A DNA stretch of 63,633 nucleotides, counting the filler, from Octopus bimaculoides (lineage: Eukaryota), in NCBI RefSeq assembly GCF_001194135.2. It is 7 parts of 6 records of this genome, joined end to end, with 100 filler letters (N's around TTAATTAATTAA, not from the genome) between each part and the next. Parts side by side here need not be neighbours in the genome. Positions count along the whole stretch, not along the records: positions 1 to 16,777 come from NW_026387480.1; 6 more parts are not named here. One strand, 5' to 3'. A program made the translations under genes and the position numbers. The notes beneath the pieces were generated by a model. It ran no database searches, was not told the origin of the DNA, and worked only from the letters and a program-made list of their open reading frames with translations. This document shows, piece after piece, positions 1 through 10,531 of the stretch; position 1 is the first letter of the stretch, and every line of letters starts with the position of its first letter.

Positions 1-77
1 TATATATATATATATATATATATACATACACACATACACAAACATACATAATCAAAACGAATCGCATACACACATAA

Positions 78-114
<37 letters not shown>

Positions 115-130
115 GAAATCTGGTGATGAG

Positions 131-517
131 AGGTTGCTGTTGTTTGTTGACACTCCGTCGCTTACGACGACGAGGGTTCCAGTTAATCCGATCAACGGAA
201 CAGCCTGCTCGTGAAATTAACGTGCAAGTGGCTGAGCACTCCACAGACACGTGTGCCCTTAACGTAGTTCTCGGGGATATTCAGCGTGACACACAGTGTG
301 ACAAGACTGACCCTTTGGTTTACAGGCACAACAGAAACAGGAAGAAAGTTGTGGTGAAGGAGTATAGCAGGGTTCGCCACCACCCCCTGCCGGAGCCTCG
401 TGGGGCTTTAGGGTGTTTTCGCTCAATAAACACTCACAACGCCCGGTCTGCGAATCGAAACCGCGAACCTACGATCGCGAGTCCGCTGCCTTAACCACTC
501 GGCCATTGCGCCTCCAC
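131..517 (-). mobile_element. tRNA-derived SINE, family A, full length
   Basis: Minus strand begins gtggaggcgcaatggccgagtggttaaggcagcggactcgcg (A-box) ... ggtttcgattcgc (B-box) and ends cgtaagcgacggagtgtcaaacaaacaac. Near-identical copies occur at about 33975-34370 and 53031-53480. Confidence 0.85.
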
Positions 518-599
518 ACACAAACGAACACACAGACACACAAATCTAGTGATGAGAGGAGGTAGAGAACGAAAACAAACGAACTAGAGGGAGAAGAGA

Positions 600-2520
600 T
601 AGAGGGTGAATGTGAAAGACAAAGAAAAAGAGAGAGAGAGAGAGAGACAGAGGATTGATTATGGAGAGGAGAGACAGAGGGTGGAAGTGAAAGACAAAGA
701 GACACAGAGGGTGAAAGTGAAAGACAAAGAAAAAAAGAGAGACACAGAGAGAGTTGATTATGGGGAGGAGAGACAGAGGGTGAAAGTGAAACACAGAGAG
801 ACACAGAGGGTGAAAGTGAAAGACAAAGAAAAAGAGAGAGACACAGAGAGAGTTGATTATGGAGAGGAGAGACAGAGGGTGGAAGTGAAACACAGAGAGA
901 CACAGAGGGTGAAAGTGAAAGACAAAGAAAAAGAGAGAGAGACAGAGAGAGTTGATTATGGGGAGGAGAGACAGAGGGTGGAAGTGAAACACAGAGAGAC
1001 ACAGAGGGTGAAAGACAAAGGAAAAGAGAGAGAGACACAGAGAGAGTTGATTATGGGGAGGAGAGACAGAGGGTGGAAGTGAAAGACAAAGAAAAAGACA
1101 GAGACACAGAGAGAGTTGATTATGGGGAGGAGAGACAGAGGGTGGAAGTGAAAGACAAAANNNNNNNNNNNNNNNNNNNNNNNNNNNNNNNNNNNNNNNN
1201 NNNNNNNNNNNNNNNNNNNNNNNNNNNNNNNNNNNNNNNNNNNNNNNNNNNNNNNNNNNNNNNNNNNNNNNNNNNNNNNNNNNNNNNNNNNNNNNNNNNN
1301 NNNNNNNNNNNNNNNNNNNNNNNNNNNNNNNNNNNNNNNNNNNNNNNNNNNNNNNNNNNNNNNNNNNNNNNNNNNNNNNNNNNNNNNNNNNNNNNNNNNN
1401 NNNNNNNNNNNNNNNNNNNNNNNNNNNNNNNNNNNNNNNNNNNNNNNNNNNNNNNNNNNNNNNNNNNNNNNNNNNNNNNNNNNNNNNNNNNNNNNNNNNN
1501 NNNNNNNNNNNNNNNNNNNNNNNNNNNNNNNNNNNNNNNNNNNNNNNNNNNNNNNNNNNNNNNNNNNNNNNNNNNNNNNNNNNNNNNNNNNNNNNNNNNN
1601 NNNNNNNNNNNNNNNNNNNNNNNNNNNNNNNNNNNNNNNNNNNNNNNNNNNNNNNNNNNNNNNNNNNNNNNNNNNNNNNNNNNNNNNNNNNNNNNNNNNN
1701 NNNNNNNNNNNNNNNNNNNNNNNNNNNNNNNNNNNNNNNNNNNNNNNNNNNNNNNNNNNNNNNNNNNNNNNNNNNNNNNNNNNNNNNNNNNNNNNNNNNN
1801 NNNNNNNNNNNNNNNNNNNNNNNNNNNNNNNNNNNNNNNNNNNNNNNNNNNNNNNNNNNNNNNNNNNNNNNNNNNNNNNNNNNNNNNNNNNNNNNNNNNN
1901 NNNNNNNNNNNNNNNNNNNNNNNNNNNNNNNNNNNNNNNNNNNNNNNNNNNNNNNNNNNNNNNNNNNNNNNNNNNNNNNNNNNNNNNNNNNNNNNNNNNN
2001 NNNNNNNNNNNNNNNNNNNNNNNNNNNNNNNNNNNNNNNNNNNNNNNNNNNNNNNNNNNNNNNNNNNNNNNNNNNNNNNNNNNNNNNNNNNNNNNNAAAG
2101 TGAAACACAGAGAGACACAGAGGGTGAAAGTGAAAGACAAAGAAAAAGAGAGAGACACAGAGAGAGTTGATTATGGAGAGGAGAGACAGAGGGTGGAAGT
2201 GAAACACAGAGAGACACAGAGGGTGAAAGTGAAAGACAAAGAAAAAGAGAGAGAGACAGAGAGAGTTGATTATGGGGAGGAGAGACAGAGGGTGGAAGTG
2301 AAACACAGAGAGACACAGAGGGTGAAAGACAAAGGAAAAGAGAGAGAGACACAGAGAGAGTTGATTATGGGGAGGAGAGACAGAGGGTGGAAGTGAAAGA
2401 CAAAGAAAAAGACAGAGACACAGAGAGAGTTGATTATGGGGAGGAGAGACAGAGGGTGGAAGTGAAAGACAAAAAAAAAGAGAGAGAAACAGAGAGGGTG
2501 AAAGTGAAAGACAAAGAAGA
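600..2520. repeat. Purine-rich minisatellite, about 99-bp unit, spanning an N gap
   Basis: The gattatgg(a/g)gaggagagacagagggtggaagtgaaa unit recurs at 657, 756, 855, 954, 1049 and 1118, and again after the gap. The top strand is dominated by A and G. Confidence 0.9.
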
Positions 2521-2577
2521 AGGAGAGAGTGTGAGAGGTTGGGTAGAGGGAGGAGAACGCAACCGCGGCCTTCGCTG

Positions 2578-2596
2578 TGCATGCTGGGTAATTAGT
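2578..2596 (+). promoter_or_regulatory. ZNF143/Staf-like motif in the SR gene promoter
   Basis: tgcatgctgggtaattagt resembles TGCATGCTGGGAnTTGTAGT and lies just upstream of the putative first exon, in a CpG-containing patch. Confidence 0.4.
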
Positions 2597-2599
2597 TGA

Positions 2600-2660
2600 T
2601 CTTGAGTCAACAGCGTGTCGTCGTCGTCCATTTGTATGTCGTTTTGGAGTCCAAACCTAC
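2600..2660 (+). other. Putative non-coding exon 1 of the SR gene (start approximate)
   Basis: Strong donor ctac|gtaagt at 2661, in a non-repetitive CpG-rich region. The coding exon at 7687 begins with an acceptor 9 nt before the ATG, so an upstream exon is required. Confidence 0.55.
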
Positions 2661-3087
2661 GTAAGTCATGGCTTGTTTTAACATCTTTCTAAACATTCAC
2701 CTACCTCGAAATCAACCACATCTTAATAAAGCCTCATCCGTTAAATACAGCCATTTTTAGAAGACTATTCACGATCTAAACGCCTTAAATTCGTTTCTGT
2801 ATTTCCATGCTTCATGTTTTTGGTCGCATAAATGGCGAGGTCTGACTAAATCGCCGATAATCATCTTCAATTTTCATCGCTTTCTTCGCCGTAATTTCAC
2901 CAAATATCCGATCGTTTCCCTCAAGATTTCTCTCGGTTATCTAACGATGGTATCTTATGGATATAAACATAATAATTAAGTCATTAATTAACTTTACCAA
3001 ACGATCGTGTGCTTCCTTTAATTAAAGTTCATTTTTCTTCATCTTTTCTGTAACTACACAAAAAAGAATATAAATATATATATATAC

Positions 3088-3289
3088 GGTACTACTAAAG
3101 CAGCGCGGACCCGAACGCGCGTCCGAGTGGTCGATCCTAACCCTAACCCTAACCCTAACTCTATCCCTATCCCTGACCCGCGTGTGCAAATGAATACGTG
3201 TTTAGGGTTAGGGTTAGGATCGACCACTCACGACTAGCTAGCGCGGACGCGCGACTGCGCGTTCGGGTCCGCGCTGCTTTAGTAGTACC
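3088..3289. mobile_element. 202-bp MITE/foldback element with internal telomeric repeats
   Basis: Perfect 33-bp terminal inverted repeat (3088-3120 / 3257-3289) plus a perfect 28-bp inner inverted repeat (3125-3152 / 3202-3229) containing CCCTAA/TTAGGG units. Confidence 0.8.
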
Positions 3290-3355
3290 CGGGGACGTAA
3301 ACACACCAGCATCGGTAGTCAAGCGATGTTGGGGGGGACAAACACAGACACACAA

Positions 3356-3394
<39 letters not shown>

Positions 3395-4030
3395 TATATA
3401 CGACGGGCTTCTTTTAGTTTCCGTCTACCAAATCCACTCACAAGGCTTTGATCGGCCCGAGGCTATAGTAGAAGACACTTGCTTATGCCGAGGAGGAGCT
3501 TAGCTAAGTGATTTCAATGTAAACAAACAAACACCGGTTTTCAAGTGCTGGCGAAGAAAAACGTGCATAGATACTATAGTTAAGAAGTTTGCTTCTCAAC
3601 CGCATGGTTCTTGGTTCAGTCCCACTTCGTGGCACCTTCGTGGCCGATCAAAGCCTTGCCCGTAGTTTTTGTGACAGAAACTGAAAGAAGCCTGTCGTGT
3701 GTCGCACCGCTGCTTCGTAACCGGTGCTGGTTTGTTTACGTCCCCGTAGCCAAGCGGGTCGACTAAAGAGACCGAAAGAATTCCCCGATAGAATACGTAG
3801 CAGATTTTTTTTATTTTTAAAAAAGAGTACCAAGGTCCATTCGTTCGACGAATGTTCTTCAAGGGATTGCCCCAGCATGGCCGCAGTTGGTACTTAGATA
3901 AACACACGGCGGGTTTCCACGCAGTTTCCGTCAACCAAGGCTTTAATCAGCCTGGAGCCACTGGCTCAGGTTGCTATGTTGTGGGACCGAACCTGGAACC
4001 ATGTGATCGGGAAGTAAACATCTTCACCAC
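3290..4030. mobile_element. Cluster of three family-B tRNA-SINE fragments (-, +, -)
   Basis: Family-B signature gacgggcttctttcagtttccgtctaccaaatccactcacaaggc at about 3400, its reverse complement at about 3650-3700, and another degenerate minus copy at 3910-4030. Confidence 0.75.
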
Positions 4031-4342
4031 ACACACACACACGCTAAATATTATATCACCTATTAACCTAGGGGCCTCTTTATATGAATATATATAACGC
4101 GAAGTCCTTAATCTCGCTGTCGAAACACTGCAGCCTGCTCCATGCGTGTCTCGTTCGTCAATGTCGGCTGCTGAGCGGGGAGGCGGGGGAGCAGACTTTG
4201 AACCTAATTGTTTTAATTTTACACCGGCTCCTTTAACCCCGACCTAACTAATCCCAGATTTTCATTAAATATGATATAAATATTCAACGAAAGGCTCCTT
4301 TTTATACGAATATATATATCAAACGAGGCCCTTAACAGTCGA

Positions 4343-4377
<35 letters not shown>

Positions 4378-4462
4378 ATGTTCGCTGCAGTCGTCATTAA
4401 TGGCGGGCAGGCGATATCGTCGCCGTCGTCTTTCTTCGAATTCCTATTTCGCCGTTTTCCAG

Positions 4463-4500
4463 GTCTGATTTCGCCAGAAGACCCCCGGGGGTTTATTTAC
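4463..4500 (+). other. Candidate alternative 38-nt 5'UTR exon
   Basis: Acceptor tttcgccgttttccag| and donor ttac|gtatgt; the exon contains no ATG. Confidence 0.35.
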
Positions 4501-5609
4501 GTATGTCTCAATTATTAAACCGACTGGCTGTTTTCTTAGGAACCTAACATAATTCAACTAGAAAGTTTAAAATGAAAAAAGATGTCCGTTTATTTGTTGT
4601 TCGTCGCCATCGTGGTGTAGTCATTAATGGCCGACACCGAACAACGGTTTCGCTTTCTGTTTATTATTATTTTTTATTCCGCGGGTTTTCTATGGAAGTC
4701 TAAGGAAAATGGCTATAAAATTTGGAGGAGAGTTGTTCAGAAAGAACCGACGAAGGTTTTGATGTTGGAAATGAGCAAATTCGTGGAAAATAAACTGATA
4801 TTTTTTATGTATGAATGTGTATGTGTTGAAACGAAAACTGTCTTAGCATGGATAGTGTCGAATTTTTGTACATATTAGATGTACGTGTGTGTATGTGGAT
4901 ATATAATATATATATATATGTATGTATATATGTATACGTGTCGTATTGTGGTAGATGTGTGTATGTCTTATGATTCTAGGTTGTGTAAATTAATGTCGAA
5001 TTTTTGAAGTGCTCACAATTAGCAATGTGTGTATTCATATATACACGTGTATGTAGAATGTGTCTATAAGCAGTTAAATACTACTACTACTACTAATAAT
5101 AATAATAATGAACAGTGGTTGTGTTGTAGTTTCGTTGTGTAAATTGCTGAAAGAACCAGCCTGGTTATTTTACTAAATAAGTTGGTTTGTATATATGCGT
5201 TACGGTACTGAGGTGTTTAAATTAATGCCAAATGGATTCGTAGTGTGTGTAGATGTGCTGACGAAAATAATAAATGTATATATATATGTGTGTGTGTGTG
5301 TCTAAGCTGTTTAATAATAAAACATAATGGTTGTATTGTAAGTTTAATGCTGAAAGAAACTAGACTGGTGGTTTTATTAAATTGGTGTATGCGTGCAGCT
5401 GCTGTAGATTTTATGTGCAATAAATTGGTGTGCGTGTATATATAATAAATTGGTGTGCGTGTATATATAATATATTGAGGTGCGTCTAAGGGTTATGTCA
5501 TTGTGCAGTATTAAATGTGTATGTATATATAATATAATTTTCCAGTGTGTGCAGTTTTGTATATAGGTTATCTAATAGTCACATTGCAGATGTGTGTATA
5601 AATATATAT

Positions 5610-5644
<35 letters not shown>

Positions 5645-5654
5645 NNNNNNNNNN

Positions 5655-5699
<45 letters not shown>

Positions 5700-7695
5700 A
5701 GTAAGTTATCAAATGCTACATCTTCATTGTAGATATGTGTGTATATGTAATTGTATACGTTGCAACTCTCTACCCACCCACTAAACCTGATTCAGCTGTT
5801 TCTACGATCAAAGCCGTTCCAATCATGACCACCTGCTTTTAATATATTCAGCCTCCCTTCCTCATATTTGCACGTACGTCATTCTCTTGTTAGGAGGAGC
5901 ACTAGACTGTTATATCTAGCAGGTCGAGTGACCTTGCTGCTATTTCAATGTTTTGAATTGTGTCTGTATAAATATATATGTGTATATATATATATATATG
6001 TATGCACACACACACACACGTGTGTAATTAATGAAATGGTAAATGACCTGGTTTTTAATATTGAATTTGTGTGTATGCTTCTATAAATATATACCCATAC
6101 ATACGTATGTGTAAATATATGTACAAGCATTTGTATAGATGTATTTATGTTTTGAATATATAGTTGCGTTTACATGTATATATATATATGACGTATTTAT
6201 ATAAATATATATACATATGAAATTTATGAGCGTGTTCGCGCCTATTGTTGAATATGTAGGTCAAGCTAAATAGTCGTTTGTGTGTGTGTGTGCATATACA
6301 TAGCATATACACACAGGTTTTTATTTACAATAAACATAGGAGCTTATTGTTTCTGGTAAAGTAATTTATAAATTCTTCACTCCGGCGTGTTTATATATTC
6401 TACGCAGACCTCTCCTTCACATATCCCCCCCCCCTCGCTCTGGTCTTTTACTCTTTCCTCCCCCTCCTTCGCTGATATAGTTTAACCTTCTCTCTCTATC
6501 TCTCTCTCTCTCTCCCTCGTTCTCTTAGTTTTTCTCCTTTCACCCCTCCTCCCACTGTTACACTACCGATCTCTTTATCTTTCTCCCCTCCCTAGCCACA
6601 TTTTCCTCCTCCTCCTACTCCCCCTCTTCTGCCGTGGTTGACTAATATTGAGTAATGATAGTGGTGGTGGTGGTATGCGGAGTTGTTTTTTTTAACCCTA
6701 GGCCATTGTTATTTCTAGATGGGCCACAGATCGTAGTGGTTCTCAACTGAAGTCAATGTGGCCCTTGAGGGTGGGGGCCACGAATTTATCCAATAAATTT
6801 CTGATACTTCTACAATTCACAAAATATTTTAGCAATTTTTGTTTCGTTTGTTTTAAAATTTCTAATAATATTNNNNNNNNNNNNNNNNNNNNNNNNNNNN
6901 NNNNNNNNNNNNNNNNNNNNNNNNNNNNNNNNNNNNNNNNNNNNNNNNNNNNNNNNNNNNNNNNNNNNNNNNNNNNNNNNNNNNNNNNNNNNNNNNNNNN
7001 NNNNNNNNNNNNNNNNNNNNNNNNNNNNNNNNNNNNNNNNNNNNNNNNNNNNNNNNNAGGTTCTTTTCGCTCGCGTGTGTGTGTGGCTTCGATAAACACG
7101 TGGAAGAATTTTAATCGAGATTTAGTTTTGCAACTGCCTAGATTGCGCTGGTCTATGATCAATGGTGTTCCAGCCGTGACCATCTCGTCCCAATTTTTGC
7201 GTATCTGGCACAGTGGATCTAGGCCATAAATCGACTTTCTCACAGTTAAGGGATCACGCCCCTTACGCGTTGATAAATAGGTCATAACATGTTGGAAGCA
7301 ACCACTTGTCTGAATTTATATCATCTTTGCCCCCCCCCCCCTGTGTGTGTGTGTTACCAGGATAAGGTATGGTCTGGTCTTGTGAAGGCACATGACTTAG
7401 TGGTCGGCGTACAACCGTCAGGTCACAGGTTCGATTCCTGGCAGTGTTGTGTCATTTAGCATCCGTTTTCCACACTGGCATGGGTTAGATGCTTTAATGA
7501 GAGCTGGTCTCATCAGGTTCCATTGTCTATTTTCCTATCTATGTAACTTGGAGGAAGCTTTAGTTGCTGTATCTAGCAGAGGCTCACGTTGTTCCCATGG
7601 TTATTGCGAGGTCTTTGAATGTCTCCCCCCCTTCTCTCTCTCTCTCTCTGTCTCCTTTTTCATCCCTTCTTCATCCTCCCTCCTAGGTCTAAATA

Positions 7696-7880
7696 ATGGA
7701 TTGTAAGATCTACGTTGGAGACCTGCCGAGAGATGCGTCCGAGAAGGAAATTGAACGGGCATTCTGCTACTACGGCCCGCTGAGGAACGTCTGGGTTGCT
7801 CGCAACCCTTCTGGTTTTGCCTTTGTGGAGTTTGAAGATCCCAGGGATGCGGAAGATGCTGTTCGAGCCCTTGATGGAAC
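7696..7880 (+). CDS. SRSF7: SRSF3/SRSF7-like SR protein, coding exon 1 (RRM)
   Basis: [10 protein letters not shown] (RNP2) ... [26 protein letters not shown] (RNP1), typical of the SRp20/9G8 family. Acceptor cctag| at 7686, donor ac|gtaagt at 7881. The symbol reflects the zinc knuckle; orthology is to the SRSF3/7 pair. Confidence 0.95.
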
Positions 7881-8290
7881 GTAAGTCAATCCATTCATCT
7901 TCTGTATTTTTCTTGTCTGTGGTGCATGCATGATTGATAACTTATAGAAATTGAGCAGCCAAGAGAAACCTCTCTTGACTTAGGTTTGTAATTGTGGCAC
8001 AAGGCCTGCAATTTCGGGGTGGGGTGTTGGAGGGGTCAGTCGATTATATCAATCTCAGTGTTCAGCTGGTATTTATTTTATCAACCCTCAAAGGGATGAG
8101 AGGTAAAGTTGACCTCAACAGAATTTGAAATCAGAATGTGTAGGTGGGTGATAAGCCATTAAGCTAACCATTCCGCTTACCTTGTTGAGTAAGTTATTAG
8201 AAAAATCCCCGGCTGGTTTAACTGCTAAAAGATTGTGAGAAGAAGAAGAAGAAGAAGAAAAATTCCAATTTAATTTCATTTTCCTTTCAG

Positions 8291-8503
8291 AAATGTTTGC
8301 GGCGCCAGGGTCAGAGTGGAACACTCGACCGGGAAAGTTCGTCCGAAACCCTGGATGAGGGGTGGTCGTGGATCATCGAAGACCAGGAGACCATTCCATC
8401 CTGAAGACAGATGCTTTGAATGTGGCGACAGGGGACACTATGCCTACGACTGCTCTCGGTACAAGCGCACCGGTCGGTCTCGGTACTCAAAGCGGCACTC
8501 CAA
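8291..8503 (+). CDS. SRSF7: SRSF3/7-like coding exon 2 (end of RRM and CCHC zinc knuckle)
   Basis: Acceptor ttcctttcag|. In frame: (T)[15 protein letters not shown]...[16 protein letters not shown]...[10 protein letters not shown](K). Donor aa|gtaagt, phase 2. Confidence 0.93.
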
Positions 8504-8869
8504 GTAAGTATGGGCACAGAACATTTTGACATCGTCTGGCCACCCCTATCATTACCCCCCCCCCCTTGTTTTGTTATTTATTTTCCTAACAGTATTTATG
8601 ACAGTAAGTTGGGGGGTGGGGTTGTGTGCTTGTTAATTAAGGGTCTGTTTGATGTTGTGTGTAGGGCTAGCATCTTGATGGTTATTAGTTGGGGGTCAAC
8701 ATTGACCCTTAATGGCTCGTGTAAGATATCGTTAAAATTTATGAAAATCTAGGTGCAGTTAATTGGTTATACTTCTGCAACATGCAAAATATTTCAATTT
8801 TTTTAAAATACAGTCCCAAATGAGATCTATTTATAAAAATATAATCTTTTAATTGCTTCTGTGATAAGT

Positions 8870-9100
8870 CTGTGGCCATGCTGGGGCACCACCTTGAAGA
8901 ATTTTTGAATCAACTCTGGGTCTTATATTTTAAAGCCTGGTACTTATTCTATTGGCCTTTTTTGGTCTAAGTTACAAGGACATAAACAAACCAGCACCAG
9001 TTGTCAAGTGCTTGTGAGGGATGAATGCACCCGTGTATCTGATGGGCTTCTTTCAGTTCCCGTCTACCAAATCCACTCACAAGGCTTTGCTTAGCCCAGG
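8870..9100 (-). mobile_element. Family-B SINE fragment in SR intron
   Basis: gtggccatgctggggcacc ... gatgggcttctttcagttcccgtctaccaaatccactcacaaggc. Confidence 0.7.
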
Positions 9101-9758
9101 GCTAAAGTTGAATTTGAACACAAATGAAATACCACAGCATTTTGTCCGGCAAGCAAACCTGCCAGCTCGTCGTCTTAATAAACGGTATCCGTGGAAACGA
9201 TATCTGCGACCCTATTATGGTCCCTATACTTACATACAGGTTGAAATACACTGAGTTTATATTAATTCTGAAAATAATTACGAGTTTAGTAAAATAACTG
9301 TCATTAATTAAGCTGGAATGTTTTAATTTAGATCCCCTTTTTTAAAACAAGAAGTTTGTATCCTAAAACAAGGGTTGATTTCAGGTGTGTAGGCATCGAA
9401 AGGCTTAAATTAGAAAGCTGTGTTTTTATTAGTGTTAAATGCTAAATTTGGAAGGAGAGGTGGGGGGGGGGCTGTCAGTGTTGGTTCAAGGTAATTCTTT
9501 GAATATGTATATATATACAGAAAACGATGATGGCTTTTTTTATATATTTCCCTTAATTTCCCCCAGTCAGTATATATGTATATCATAACTCTTTTTTTTG
9601 TTTCCTTACAATATATATTTATTGGTGATGGAGAAAATAATAATAAATATTAAAATATAATTTAAAAGAGAGAAAAAAAAATTCACTTTTGTGTCTTTGA
9701 ATTTGCCCTCACCTGTCTCATAATTATTTTCTCCTTCACCACCGTTTAAGATTGTCCT

Positions 9759-9807
<49 letters not shown>

Positions 9808-9891
9808 TGTACACACACATCATAAATGGATGTTAAATGATTGTAGATACTATACTTGTTTTATGTACATACATATATGTCTGGGTGTGTA

Positions 9892-9941
<50 letters not shown>

Positions 9942-10415
9942 TATATATTTGTATGTATGTATTTATTATTGTCCTAGTATATGTTGTCCACCTGTTTGCT
10001 TTCATGGCTTTAAATCATTATTATAATTACTAAGTTTTCAAACCAGTTCATATCTTCAAATCTCTTTTCTGTTTTTTTTTCTTCTCCTCCTCTAAATTAT
10101 ATTTACCTGCATATATTTCTTTCATCGTTATCATTGTCATAATTATTGTTGATAATAATCGTTTTTTTTTTTTTTTTTCACCAGTTCATAAATCTTTTTT
10201 GCCTGTTTAAATATATTTAAAAAAAAAAAAGCACTTTTTCTTCAACATTGTTTATATATATATGTATGTGTATATTTGTGTATATATTTATACATATATA
10301 TATTTGTCGTTATTATTAATATTATTATTAATTTCTATACATATATATATACATATATATACATATATATATAGTTTTCTTGTAACTAAATGAATCTCGT
10401 GTCCGTGCTTTGCAG

Positions 10416-10531
10416 ACCATTCCTGCTACGTAGAGATGTGGGACTCATTTGAGAGCTTCATTGCACCACAGCTTAAGATCTCTTCAGCCCACCTTTGAGC
10501 TTCTACTAAATGTTGATCATCGTTGATTTGA
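10416..10531 (+). other. Candidate poison (PTC) cassette exon of the SR gene; may extend to 11829
   Basis: Acceptor gtccgtgctttgcag| with a branch-like actaaat upstream. In-frame TGA at 10450-10452. Donors ga|gtgagt (10532) or gc|gtaagt (11830). Unique-sequence island among microsatellites. Confidence 0.55.

Noticed and set aside
546-2582. Long ORFs of 300-680 aa over repeats and gaps, here and throughout the ORF track
   Set aside because: They are translations of minisatellites, (TA)n/(CA)n tracts and N runs, with no protein-like content.
6735-6785. tagtggttctcaac, resembling a hAT/Charlie TIR
   Set aside because: No matching opposite end is visible before the gap, so there is too little to call.
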